From the human T2T-CHM13v2.0 reference genome, Homo sapiens, in NCBI RefSeq assembly GCF_009914755.1, contig NC_060927.1: a stretch of 64,000 nt of DNA; one strand, written 5' to 3'. Both the position numbers and the translations under genes were made by a program. This document shows positions 47,950-60,210 of the stretch, piece after piece (the stretch's first letter is position 1; each line of letters opens with the position of its first letter). The notes beneath the pieces are model-generated. The model saw only the letters and a program-made list of their open reading frames with translations, was not told the origin of the DNA and made no database searches.

Positions 47950-48560
47950 ATACGCCTATGCTGCCTCTGAAACACCTCCGGCCCATCCCCCGCATCTCAC
48001 AGCTACTGCCCTAGGTCATCTTATCTCACCTGGATTCAGTCTCATAAATGCCTCTTTCCACCCTGGTCCATGCTAACCTCTGCTGCTGGATCAGTTTGAT
48101 TCAGGTATAGCTCCCCTGACTGGGGAACTAAATCCCTCAGCCTAGTCCCCATCGTCCTCCATTACCTCTCCACATTCAGCTCTCTCAACCTCACCTCCTT
48201 TTCTTCATGTCTCCCTTACTTCATCCTAATCAAGCTCATGTGGTCCACCCCACGAGCCCCTTCTGACCTCCCTGCCGCTGCTCATTTTAACCTATTCCCT
48301 GGTTGCCCAAATCTACCTTGTCTGCAGCCCAGGCCCTGATTTCTCTCAGGCAGGGCTCTCACGCCCCGCCGTCATCAAGCTTTTCCATCCATCAGCTGGG
48401 GGAAAATGGCTTCTGCTGGCATCCCTTGACCTTATCAAGACCTCTTTTAAAGTATTTATCCTTCTCAATTTTGTCTTATATTTTATAAAATATTATCTAA
48501 TATTTTATATTACAAAAAATTGTATTTTCGTATGCCTTTTCTCTTCTACCTGGTTATACT
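47950..48560 (+). mobile_element. L2 fragment(s)
   Basis: Pyrimidine-rich degenerate L2 text (gctactgccctaggtcatcttatctcacctggatt…). Boundaries uncertain. Confidence 0.45.
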
Positions 48561-51500
48561 GTAAGCATCTTGTAGCCAGAACTCATGACTGGTTTGTTTT
48601 TGAATTTTAAAGAAGTTTCTTTTGCACTATAAACCCAATTCACCTGATTCTCTGAGTTGGAGGAAAGGCATTGGTCGATAGTGAGAGCCCTTGGGTCCAA
48701 TGGCGTTGTGTTTCTTAGTGAAGTAGGTAACAAAGTCAAAGTTTTCAAAGTAAACAAGCTTTAAATACTTAAGAAAAGTAATTTAGTTCTTCAAAACTAT
48801 TAAAATGTGGCTTATATATTTTCACTTCCAGTTATAGTTCTATGGCAAACTTTACTATTCAAAAAATTACTGACTCATTACAGAAAATTGGGAAATGCAG
48901 AAAAGTGGGAGCAAGGAAAAATGTCTTCACCTTGAATCCAACACATTGCCTGACACGTTAGACTTTCACTATGTTATCTTAAAGGTAGGAATCAATGACA
49001 TCAAATTTTTTGGGTGATATGGGGCCTTGGAATGAGAGGAATGTATGCTGGGGTGGGTTTCAGAAGCAGCCAGTTCAGTGGCAGGATTTGTGGGGTGATA
49101 GGAAGCCCCACTGAGACATCTCCCCAAAGCCCCCTAGCTTAGTGCCACACAGCCTGAAACAGTACACAAGTGTCCTCCTCTCCACTCTGCTCTGCCAACT
49201 CAGTAATACACCTGGAGGGTTAACAGAGTTACACACAAAACAGGATTGCTACCCTCCCTGCAGGGGCTGCCTGGGCCAGTGACAGAACTAGGAGAAACCA
49301 TGTAGAAAGGAAAATTACAGACACAACAATCCTTTACCCAGCTTTTCTATCTAACCAGTCCCATGGGCCCAACCCATGTTTCTCCACCCTTCCTCATCCT
49401 CAGATCAGGCCTTTCCTTCTGCCCTTCTGCTCTTCTCTTGCTCCGAGTTCCATCAAATCAGCCCTCACAGTACCTGTCCGGACATCAGGGCTGGGGGTGT
49501 CCACTGGTACCGGGAGAAGTGGGCTCGAACCTCCACGAGACTTCCACATGCGACCTCGTCTTGCGAGCACTGGGCAGTGGTCCAGTCCTACTGCTGGCAG
49601 GGTCACCGCATGACCTCCTTCTCACAGGCATGCCCCCTCTCCTGCCCTAACAGGCTAATGAGCCAGACGTTGACGGTGAAAATTTATTATGAGAGCACTT
49701 AGTATTAGCACTAGGAGGCCCTGTTGCTCATCACTGCTCACAAAACATTTTGAGGCCTTCAGCTGGAAAGTGCTATAATTGCAAAACAGCCTCAGCCAGA
49801 TCTCGTTCAGTCCATCAGAAACTGATAGGTGAGTTACTGTTCTGTTCTAATGAGTCCCTTCCAATTTGGTCAGATGATTTGTGAAAATCAGATCAGAGGC
49901 AAAGTCTTGCCTTCTTCCTGGTACAGATGGAAGAAGAAACTGTGAAAGTGAGGCTGTCCTGGATTTTGGTACAATACAGCAAAATAAAACATTGCCTTGT
50001 TACGGACTGTAATTTGTGACTAATTAGGTATAAATGCATTCTGGCTGGCCAGCTCCAATCTAGAGGTCAGCTGGTGTGTTTCCTAATGGACCAGCAAGAG
50101 AGAAGGCAAATGCTCATCACAGGGAAATGAGTGTCCTCAGCTGGGATGAGTTGGCTGTGTCTTTGTCAGCACTGCCACTCTGCCTAGGTGGGGTCTTCCT
50201 GAAGCCTTCCTTCTCTGAGTTAACTCTTACTTTTCTTTGATGTGTCCACTCAGAAGTCACTTTCTTCTCAAGGCCTTCCCTCACTCCCTGGATTATGTAT
50301 AACCAGGCATTGAGCTAGATTTCCCTGTTACATCTCAAACCATTGTGCACCATTCATGTAAAGCTCTTATTGGAGTATTAACATCTCACATTTTTGTGAA
50401 GAGTTGATTCAACCTATTTCCCCCACCAGACTTGGCCCTTCATGTCAGCAGGACTAGGTCTACTTGAGTTCCCCACTATTGTCCCAGCCACAGTGGGTGC
50501 CCCATAGCAGGGGCTCCATACATTTTGAATGAATGAATCACAGACTGCACTGGAAGAGACACTGAAGCTTCCAGAAGTGACACGATTGGCCCAAAGATAC
50601 AGTGCTCCTATGGCAAATTGTATTTTCTTGATTCCTAGTCCCACATTCCTTCCTCTGTTTGCTTGCAAGCCCTCTCCCCTCAGAATGAAGGTTGCTTCCA
50701 GAACTGCCCTGGTCCTTGGCCAGACAGGCTCAGATCCCACAACGGTCGTCAGTGGACACAGGATGGCTAGAGGAAGTGGCGCCCAGCAAGGGCCCTGTCA
50801 TACCCAGGTCCCTCAGACTATTACTGCGTCCTGCTTCCTTTGAGGCACGATAGTGTATTGCACTAAAGATCTAAGACTTTAGTTCAGAAAACAGCTGATA
50901 TCTACTAGAAGAACGTTAGAGGCCCGAGGCCGCTCAACAGGCAGGAAAGTAGGTCAACTTAAATTCTATACGCAGGGGGAGAGCTACAGTTAAATGATGG
51001 GAGACATGTTATGATCCTACTGTTAGGGTCTTGGGGAAAGAATAATTCCCCACCCCCAGTCACTAAACTGGCAGTAGAAACAATTAAAGACCTTAGTTAC
51101 CCAGGAACATCTATTTCGTTCAGAGAAGAAAAATAGCGCTTATGAGTGTTCATGAAATGATTTCAATCAAGAGCAAGACTATAAACTTAACAGCATGAAT
51201 GGTATAGATAGAGCCAGGTGCACCAGGAAACACACTGTCTTTAAGTTAAATGGCTAGGCTCTCTCATATGGTCACTAGAAAATTATAGAGGGGAGTTGTT
51301 AGCTTGGCATTTCCTTTTTCAATAGTAAATCAATGAATCCTTCATTTTTACTAAATTGTTTTCCTACCCTCTAGGGAAAATATGACACAAGCATAATGCA
51401 GATGCAGAAAGGAAAGGCCAGGCTGGGACAAAACATTTAATTAAATCCCCTTTTATAAAACAACTTTCCTTCAGCTTGAAAAATGGATGAAACAAAATGT

Positions 51501-51766
51501 GCTTATACAGGCAAAACAATTAACCAGGTCCATAACAGTTTATAGCTAGCATGGATCAATCACAGGTGGTAGTTGATTCTATTGCCTGTCATGTGTGTCA
51601 GGGCGGTTGGTAGGGGAGGCAGTGGGGAGCTCAGTCTCAAAATGGGGGCCCCAACTCTCCACTCCCCTCAAAGAGCAGCATAGGCTTATGTGGGAGTTGG
51701 CAGTGCCCAGAGTTCTGTGTTTAAGGAACAGTGTGGAGACAGGTTCCATCAAGGATCTCCCTGGCG

Positions 51767-51800
51767 TGTGTGTGTGTGTTTGTGTGTGTGTATGTGTGTG
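51767..51800. repeat. (TG)n microsatellite
   Basis: gtgtgtgtgtgtgtttgtgtgtgtgtatgtgtgtg. Confidence 0.9.
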
Positions 51801-51862
51801 GTGGAAGTTGGAAGAGGAGTGTGGGGGAAGCCTTCTCCCCATTCCAGCCTGAGAAATCTAGT

Positions 51863-52005
51863 CCAGTCATTCCCAAACCTGTGCCTGAGATTCACCATCA
51901 TCTGGGGAGGTTTTTAAAAACACAGATGCCCTATCCCATCCCAGACAGTGGAATCAGTGTGTCGCAGGGCAGAGTCAGAATATTCTACTTTGCTAAGCTC
52001 TCAGT
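51863..52005. mobile_element. MER5-like hAT-Charlie fragment
   Basis: cagtcattcccaaacctg…catctggggaggtttttaaaaacacagatgccctatcccatcccagac…gaatcag…taagctctcag. Confidence 0.65.
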
Positions 52006-52289
52006 CTGGAAAGACCCACAGGGTATGGGGCTCTCTGCTCCATCCAGTGCCTGCTTTGGCAGCAAAGGAAACCAAGTTTGGGGATTGCTCAAGCCACATG
52101 GTTCTTGAGTGGGGAGTGGACCCGAGTTACCAGTGACTGGCCCAGGGGACCTCAGCTGCCTATGCTGCCTCCAGAGCCACACCCCACCAACTCCAGGAAT
52201 GTCAGTGCCCAAGAGGACTCAAGGTCTTCATGGATCCAAGAGCCCAGGGCTTTTGCTGCAATAATATGCTGCTTCCTGTGTTCTTACTA

Positions 52290-52920
52290 AGGTCTGTTCA
52301 TTTGTTGATTTGGTCATTTATTCATTTCTTTAATTCTTCAGCATTAAACTTGTATGCTTGTCTACTTCATGCCCAGCTGCAGGTGACGGGGTTATAAAGA
52401 TAAATGAGCAGTGTCTGTACCCTGGAGAATCATACAGCTTACTAAGAGTGACAGCCTATAATATATGACAATTCTAGGCACTTATTGCTTGCTAGGCACC
52501 ATTCTGGGCCTTTTCCCTGGGTTAACTCTGTTAATCCTCCTCAGTGACCATGTGCAGTAGGTGCTATTGCCCTCATTTTGAAGATGATGAAGCAGATGTG
52601 CAGAAAGGTGAAATAACTTGCCTGAAGTCACACAGCTAAGAAGGGGAGGACCCAGGATTAGCATTCTGTTGCTTAGACTGCCTCTGAGCCGGTCTTCTTA
52701 GCCTTGAGCCCATGCTGCCTCTGGCTCAGCTCATTGTACTTTCAGAGTACAGTGGGGCACAGGGAGCAAGGGCTCAGTTCTCAGACGGATGAGGAAAGGA
52801 CCGTGGAGAAGAAGTCACCACACTGAGCACCAGGTAGAAGGCAGGGTAAGAAGAAGAAGTGGGACAAGAAGAGCATCCTGAGCCATGGGGGCTTTGGGAG
52901 CAAAGACCTGGAGGCATCTC
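52290..52920 (-). mobile_element. L2 fragments flanking a nested MIR
   Basis: ttcatttgttgatttggtcatttattcatt…cctggagaatcatacag, and gaagagcatcctgag…gcaaagacctggaggca. Degenerate. Confidence 0.45.
52470..52722 (-). mobile_element. MIR SINE
   Basis: gctaggcaccattct…ttaatcctcctcagtgacc…cctcattttgaagatga…aaggtgaaataacttgcctgaagtcacacagct. Confidence 0.85.
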
Positions 52921-53932
52921 GCTGTGGGTTACCTGTCACACCTGGCTTGAGAGGTCACAGAGCCTTCACACATATGACTTATCCCTTTAGTTAGGGGCCA
53001 GACTCCTAGGACTATGTCATTCTTCCCTGTATCCCCCCAACTCCCCTCATTCTCCAGAGCACCCAACGAATGAAAAGAGAGATGCAAAGAACACAAGGAC
53101 CTGGGCTCTGAGAGGAGGCTGGAGTAGCCTCTTAAGGGCTCTGGCAGGTGGGAAGGAGGTGGTTCAGTGGAATGTGTGGCCATGAGGATAAAGCAGAAGT
53201 TAGTCATGTCAGAGGCAGAGGTGGCCCTTCTAAAGCTCAGGCACCAACCTCTGGGCCTTAAAATGAAGCCCTCAGCAGTTTTATTGCTTCAGGAGTTCAG
53301 AGACTGCCCTGGGGCTGAATTCAGCCTGCCTCTGACATTGTTGGTTTTCCAGAGCAGCAGAATTAACCAATGCATACTACATTGTTTTCATGCTCACTTA
53401 AACCACATTCAAACTGTGCTTACAGCAGGAAAGGGACAGTTAAGAAAGAGTGAATGGTGCAGAAAACACAAGGAGCATATGCTGACGGTGGCTGAGAATT
53501 TTTGTGACTTTTGTTTGCCCCTCTCTTCTGCAGGGAGACCCACCTAGGGATTTTACAAGTGCTGAAAACACAGCAATTTATAATGTTTCCTGTGGGAAAT
53601 CAACAAAGTCCTTTAAGGCATTTGAATGGTATCTTTAATCTCCACTGTGCTAATGCTGCTTGAGTTCTGGGAGGGTTCCCTTTTGCTTATGATTGGCAGA
53701 GTAAGGGGAAACACCCTATTCACTGGGTGCTCTGGAGAATGAGGAGAGTCGGGGTTACGGGGAAGACTAACGTGGTTCAAGGAGTTTGGCCCCTAACTAG
53801 GGGGACAAGTCATATACATGAAGGCTCCATGACTTCACAAGGCAGAGATGAGATACAGGTCATCCACAGTGAGGTGCCTCCAGGTCTTTGCTCTCAAAGC
53901 CCGCATGGCTCACGATGCTCTTCATGTTCCAC
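52859..53932. repeat. Long inverted repeat: arms 52859-53071 and 53718-53932, 646-bp spacer
   Basis: Manual alignment of arm 1 with the reverse complement of arm 2 gives about 80% identity (gagcaaagacctggaggca, tagttaggggcca and cctcattctccagagcaccca are identical). It also shows in the ORF track as GVWPLTKGISHMCEGS (-) versus GVWPLTRGTSHIHEGS (+). Confidence 0.93.
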
Positions 53933-55169
53933 AGGGTATCCCACCGGGTAAATGAAGCTGTATATGAGCCTGTCTGTGTTAGCCAAGGGCCACAGCAAGC
54001 CTTTGCTTACCGATGCAGGTCTTTACTGAATGTAGTGATACTCTCTTTGATGTGAAATTACAAAATGATAAACAGCTTGGTGGTAGAAAGCCACTTGAAC
54101 AGTGTACACCCCAAAGGAGCTTTGCTGGTAAAACTGAAGCCGTTTAAATATATTCATGGACAAGAGGCTTTAAAGCAAGCCTGGCATAACTTTGGGGCAT
54201 TGTTATTCTACAGAGCTTGGTCTAAAACTACAGATTTAAAGATGCTGTTCTTCAGAATTCTATTTACTGACTTGAGGGCAACTTTATTTGGTGACATCAG
54301 GAAGTTTGTCCATTTTCTGTGCTGTGCCCTTTCAGACAGGCTTACTCTTCTCTAGGATCTTACTGTGCTGACATATTCTTGTTAACCCAGTTTTTTTCTT
54401 TTATCATTCTCACCTTTCCAACCTTCCTCCCTTTCATCAAAACTTACCCATTCTAAGTTGCATTTTCTCAGGGCCCTACTTTTTGTTTGCCAAAGTGGTA
54501 AACAGTAACTGAGAATCTCATGAGTATTCATGAGTAAATGGAATGAGCTAGAATTCCTCTTGACTCTTTCCTCAACTCCTTCCTCCACTTTGTGGTAGAA
54601 TATCTGCTTAACGGATATTCTAGGTACTCTCTGGAGCTTTAAAGGGAATTTCAGGCCATGTGAAAAAGGGTGTGGAGCTATGCCAGGGAGGGTGGGAAGT
54701 GTACTTATGAATAACGTGGGATCCTCACAGAAAACCTCAGATAAACACTTTTAACACAAACTAATATTCCTACTGCATCAGATACCTTAGCAGGTAATTA
54801 TAGTCACTTTCTTACTAGACATTGGTCTCTCTACTTTTATCAAGAACCCAAGAGTTAGTCAAAGGCATCTTGGCAGTTAAACATATGCATCCTTCAAGCA
54901 TTTAGGACAACCTAAGACTGTGATTGCTAATTTCACATCAGCCAGTATCTGCACTTTTTTTTTTCCAGAAGAAAAAAACCTTGTTATCTTTCAATGCAGA
55001 GTTATATTGAAGTGATCAATGTGTGCTCTGGATGGTCTGTGGTTTCTGTTTTCTATGCCAGCCTCCTTGAGGGCCCTTCTCTCAGAGTTCCCCATCTCCG
55101 CCCTGTACTATCAATTTGGCCATATGTAAAGTGTCCTTTAAAATACCTTCTAGGCAGTGTGTCATTTAC

Positions 55170-55420
55170 TCATTCATTCATCCATCCATCCATCCATCCA
55201 TCCATCCATCCATCCATCCACTCATCCATCCATCTCTACTCATCCATCCATCCAGCCACCTACCCACTTAACCACCCATCCCCTAATTACCCATCCATCC
55301 TTCTACCCACCTGACCACCCATACCCTTATTACCCATTCATCCTTCCACCCACCCATCAGCCCAACCACCCATCCCTTAACTACCCATCCATCCACCCAC
55401 CCACTCATCAATCCAACCAT
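55170..55420. repeat. (CCAT)n microsatellite grading into a degenerate minisatellite
   Basis: cattcattcatccatcc… followed by three ~31-bp accacccatcccytaaytacccatccatcc-like units. Confidence 0.88.
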
Positions 55421-55779
55421 TCTGGGTGGTTTGGCCTTACTGAAATAGGAGAGGGAGACAGGTTGCTGAGGAAGGTGCCTGCACAGTGGAGCTCCACCCT
55501 TTAAGATCAACGTAGAGCAAAATGAGTATAAAGTAACAATTTTATACAAACAAGATGGGCTTCCTACAAAACAGTTTCTGAAAGGACTCATGTACTGTTA
55601 CAGAGCAGCATCTCAGTGGAGATACGCCCTCATGTCAATAAAACAGACAATATATTTTCAGCTCCCAAGGTCAGAATGCTCACCAAGCTCTCACATGTTT
55701 AAAAACTGGACAATTATAGCATTGTTGGCTTTTGTAAATTGCTTGCTACCTATGTAAATTCTAACTTTAAACTCACATG

Positions 55780-56079
55780 GGCTGGGCACGGTGGCTCATG
55801 CCTGTAATCCCAGCACTTTGGGAGGCTGAGGCGGGTAGATCACCTGAGGTAGGAGTTCAAGGCCAGCATGGCCAACACAGGGAAACCCCGTCTCTACTAA
55901 AAATATAAAAATTAGCCCAGTGTGGTAGTGGGTGCCTGTAATCCCAGCTACTTGGGAGGCTGAGGGAGGGAGAATTGCTTGAACCCGGGAGGCAGAGGTT
56001 GCAGTGAGCCAAGATTGTTGTGCTACCGCACTCCAGCCTGGGTGACAGAGTGAAACTCCATCTCAATAAATAAATAAAT
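55780..56079 (+). mobile_element. AluSx-like with (TAAA)n tail
   Basis: ggctgggcacggtggctcatgcctgtaatccc…gatcacctgagg. TSD aaactcacatg (55769-55779 / 56080-56090). Confidence 0.95.
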
Positions 56080-58689
56080 AAACTCACATGTTGCAAGTAA
56101 GCGTTATTAGCACTAGAAAGTGAAATGGGACTGGTGAGTTCAGTTAGTAGAGACGAACAAAGGCTTGCTTAGGCATAAAACAAGATGGGAGAGGACATGA
56201 TGTTGTGTAAGAAAACTGCCAGCCCATGGGGCCCGGTGGGGTGGGAGCTAGGGTTGAATGACAAAGATTTTCCTACTAAGTTGGAAGAATGTTCTCTGAG
56301 GTTATGGTCCTTTGATTGTTTCTAGTACTTAAGCATGATCAACTGCCATTTGAGCTACATAAAGTATGACTAAGGACTCCATTTACAGCCTCTGGGAAAG
56401 AAAGAGTCTTTTGAATCCTCTGTAGCCTGCTCTGGCTAAAGAGACACATTAAGGTATGGTATAAAACAAGCCACCCCTGTAGGGGAACAGATTAGGGCTT
56501 GGGGGGGTGGGGGCTGGGGGCCAGAATATTACATTTGAGATACAAAATTACATTGAGAGGCAAGGTTTAAAATCATTTGTCTCACCACATGTTTTCCATT
56601 TGTGACTTCTCAAAGCCACAACAAAGGCTCTCCCCTCCTTGCCCATGTGCCTGCTATACTGATAAGGTGAACAGTTTTTTTTTTTAAAGGTTTTCAGCAT
56701 AATAGTGTTTTAAGACGTAATCTCATTTGCTGCTCCTTTAATTGCTGTTTTGTAATGTTTTATCTATTTTAATTACTGTTTTAATGTGCTGCTTGTACCC
56801 TGAGGTGCTTCTGTGAAGGGTACCATTTTAAGAAATGAAGAACTAGATAAACAAATAAATCCACAGGTAAGGGATCATAGTAGTCTACCCTGTGTTTAAA
56901 TGAGCATTTTTAATTTGCCTGGTATTGAGTGTTGACTAGCAATAGTCTCTTTTTCATGTGTAAGGACAGAGGTATGATGTCTAAGGTCCAACACAAAGCA
57001 TACGTAGAGCTGGGAATAAAAGGCAATATTCCCAAGGGCTGTCCTAATTCACAATAAGTAGAACTTATGCTATCATGTTTAAGTTTGATCTTATGTTCCC
57101 AACAATTCTTTAGAAGTAGCAATAGCTCTAATGAAGGCAAAAGTATATATTTTCCATTTAACTCTAGTAGCAATTGAATTGTAGTTTTCTTGGCCAGGAA
57201 ACAAATTCAATAGACCCAGTTCTTAACCTGAGTCATGTTACCCTTAGTCACACACATGACACGATTGCATTCCTTGGCTTACTAAAGCAGGAAATGGACC
57301 AGTGGCTTGGGGTTTCCTGACTGGATAAGTAGGTGGTGTAATGACTTAACATCCCTTCACTCCCCCACGGCCACACCCAGATTTTTATTTCCGTATTTAA
57401 ACACAAGCAAGGTCAAAACAACAGATGAAATTTAATAAAACAGTAGTAGTGACGCCTAAATGTTTTTACTGACTTCCTAAAAATGCTTTGGAATCAGCTT
57501 CAACTGCATTTATAAATGAAGAAGGAAATGAAGCTCAACACCCCAGCTACGAAATTGTTTGGTCCTAAATTGGCCAGATGCCTAGATTTCCTTTATGTAA
57601 ACAGGGTCAAATGTGAGGCCAGCCAATTGTAAACTAAGATTCTAGCCTCCTATATTCTCATAGTCGAAGATGTTAATGAAGTTGCCAGGTTTCCACAAAG
57701 TTGAAGTGCAACCTCTTCCTATCATGAAGCCCAGGCAGATGCAACCAGCCCAGGTAATGGCACAGCAGCCTAGGCCACTTGGAACAAATGTGGTTCATGG
57801 AGTGCAAAAGAAATAACTTTATCATGCCCCACCTTTCCCCAACACACACGTACATACCTACTTTTTCAGACTCTGGAGCGGGGTCCTTGACTTTTTAATA
57901 GTCTCAGATAGTTTATTTTTAAGTCCTCTGGTGACTTCTAATCACATAAATAGTCTCAGCTTAGTAATATGTAACAATAACAATCCCTAAATTTCAGCTG
58001 GAGTGAGTCTTCCTACCCCATCAGCTTGGGCCTGCCACCAGGGGTGAAGGGGCAATCTTCTTATTTTCCTTCTCTTCCTTACCCCATTCCTAGTTGCTAG
58101 CTTGACTTCTCCAAGGTGAGGGGACAGAGGAAAAGGAAGAGGTAAATGGGAAAGAAAGGTTTCATTCAATTGGCATGAATGTGGCATATTTCCCTTTGGC
58201 TGTGGTGGATGTTGGAAGCTGGCCCATGTGGGCATTTGTGAGGTCTCTTCAGGGTTCCGTCTACCCCTGGGCCCTCTGATGGGCAGTTTCCTGATATGGA
58301 CTGTGTGTCCATCCACCACTGCCTTGGCCCCTGAACATCTAACTCCATAGCCCCGGTTTTCCTCTGCTGTGATCTTCTCACCCCTTCAGGTAACATTCTA
58401 GGTCAGAAAGTAAGCCACCTCCACAGAGGCTCTCTCCATTATATCACACATGTCAATCAATAGGAAACACACTCTTTAGATACATTCTTGGTGGGAATGT
58501 AGGAACTTCTCAAGCTGTGGCTCACTCTGCTGTTGTAGACCACTTCAGCTAGTTTTTGACACCTTAGATTTCTTAGATGTGAGTCAGACAGTGAGTATAT
58601 CACGGGGTTCCCCAGTCCTTTGAGGACATGCATGAAACTTGTCAATGGTCTCACTGAAGCCACATCTCATGGGCTTAAGATGAGGACAA

Positions 58690-59079
58690 ACAACTTATTA
58701 CCCCTTTCACATAGGAGATGTGATTCACAGGTTTACTTTGACCAATGGAATGTGAGTAGACATGATACATGCCATGTCCCAGCAGAAGCTCTTGGAAACT
58801 TTGGGAGTTTCAATCCTTTTGCTCCTTTCCTCTGCTACAAGAGAATAGCATGCTACGGATGGGACTGCTCCTTTAGCCTGGGTCTAAGAGTGAGAAAACA
58901 GATGGCACAGAGCTCCAAACAGAGTCAAGCCGAGCTGAGCTGCAGATGAACCCAGCAGAGTCAAGCAGATCTGTAGCTGACACCATACCTTTATGGAATT
59001 TGAACAAAACACTGATCTTTATGGTTGTAAACCATTGTGATATTAGGACTAGTTCCTGCAGCAAAAACTGGCATATACA
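58690..59079 (+). mobile_element. MLT1H/I-like MaLR LTR
   Basis: ctttgaccaatggaatgtgagtagacatga…ctgctcctttagcctgggtc…ggttgtaaaccattgtgatatt…gcagcaaaaactggcatataca. Confidence 0.7.
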
Positions 59080-60210
59080 CTAGCCAATAGGTGGCCAGGG
59101 AGGTATGAGATTAATTAGGTGGAGTGTGTCTTAGAATCCAAGTGAAGAAAGTGTTTCAAGTAAGATCAATTATGTTAAAAGTTTTTGATTGTCCAATAAA
59201 ATGCAAAGTGAAGCTTGACCATTGGACTTAGCAACGCTGAGGGGAGTATCAAGACTAACAAGAACAGCTTTGGTAGAATGATGGGGCTACAGACTGCTCA
59301 GAGTAAGTTTAAGAAAGAGTGAGAAGAAAGGATTGGTAGACACTATGAATTATAGCTCTTTTGAAGGATTTTGCTGTAAAGGACAGCAGAGAATGGGGCT
59401 GTAGCTGGAGAGAAATGTTTTATTTTAAAAAATAAAAGTAATTAATCTGGGTTTTTAAATTATCCAGTGAAAAGGACAAAATAATGATATGAGGGAAAAA
59501 AAGAGACAAATATTGGAGTAATGTCTTCCAATAAGTAGAGAGGATATGATTAACAGGCAAGTAGAAGGGGGGGCCCTAACTGGAGTGAGGCCAGTTTGTC
59601 GGTTGTAATATGGTGGAAGGTGGAGTTTAAGGAAACTGATGCAGGAGGTAGATACACTGGGGACCTCGTGGAAGTTATCTTCTGACTGTTTCTATTCTCT
59701 TACGAATTGGAAAGATGATCTGCTTAAAGAGAAGGCTGGGGAAGGGGTTATGGGGGCTTGAGGAGAGAAAGTTGGAACCTGTTGCTCAGCAGAGTGGGAA
59801 GGTAAATGGGTTAGGGCACTTCGGGATGATTGATGAGCAGCTCCTAAAGGCCCTGAATGCCTACTGGGTGCCAGGCACTGTGCTAACAGCTGAGAGACAG
59901 AGGGAAGAGGTCCAGACCTCACTTTTACCCTCAGGAGTCTCACAGTCTAAGGTGGAAAGTTGTCATTCAGATCCATTAGTGAACCATGAGTTACTTCTGC
60001 GGGGTGTGATCTATCAGGATGGGAAATGTGGGAATGCGGTGGGAGTACAAAGCAGGAAAGTACCTTAGCTGGGGCAGGAGGCTGCTGATGGGTAAAAGGT
60101 TCTCAGGAGAGATGACTGACTCTTAGTGTGAGGCATGGAAGAAGAAATAGGTGGTGTGGCACATTTGGGGGAAATTAAAATGCTTCAATATGGCTGAGAT
60201 ATAAGGTAGG
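59080..60210 (-). mobile_element. L2 fragments
   Basis: ccaagtgaagaaagtgtttcaag, ttgaccattggacttagcaac, tttgctgtaaagg, gcctactgggtgccaggcactgtgctaa…ctcaggagtctcacagtctaa. Confidence 0.75.

Noticed and set aside
52929-53951. Two similar peptides on opposite strands as a paralogous gene pair
   Set aside because: The similarity is a by-product of the DNA inverted repeat. Frames break at indels and no protein family is recognisable.
54994-55591. His/Pro-rich and Trp/Gly-rich ORFs
   Set aside because: They are translations of the (CCAT)n repeat.
57985-58640. Possible ancient LTR/Gypsy-like fragment
   Set aside because: The texture is suggestive, but I cannot match it to a family or define its ends without a search.
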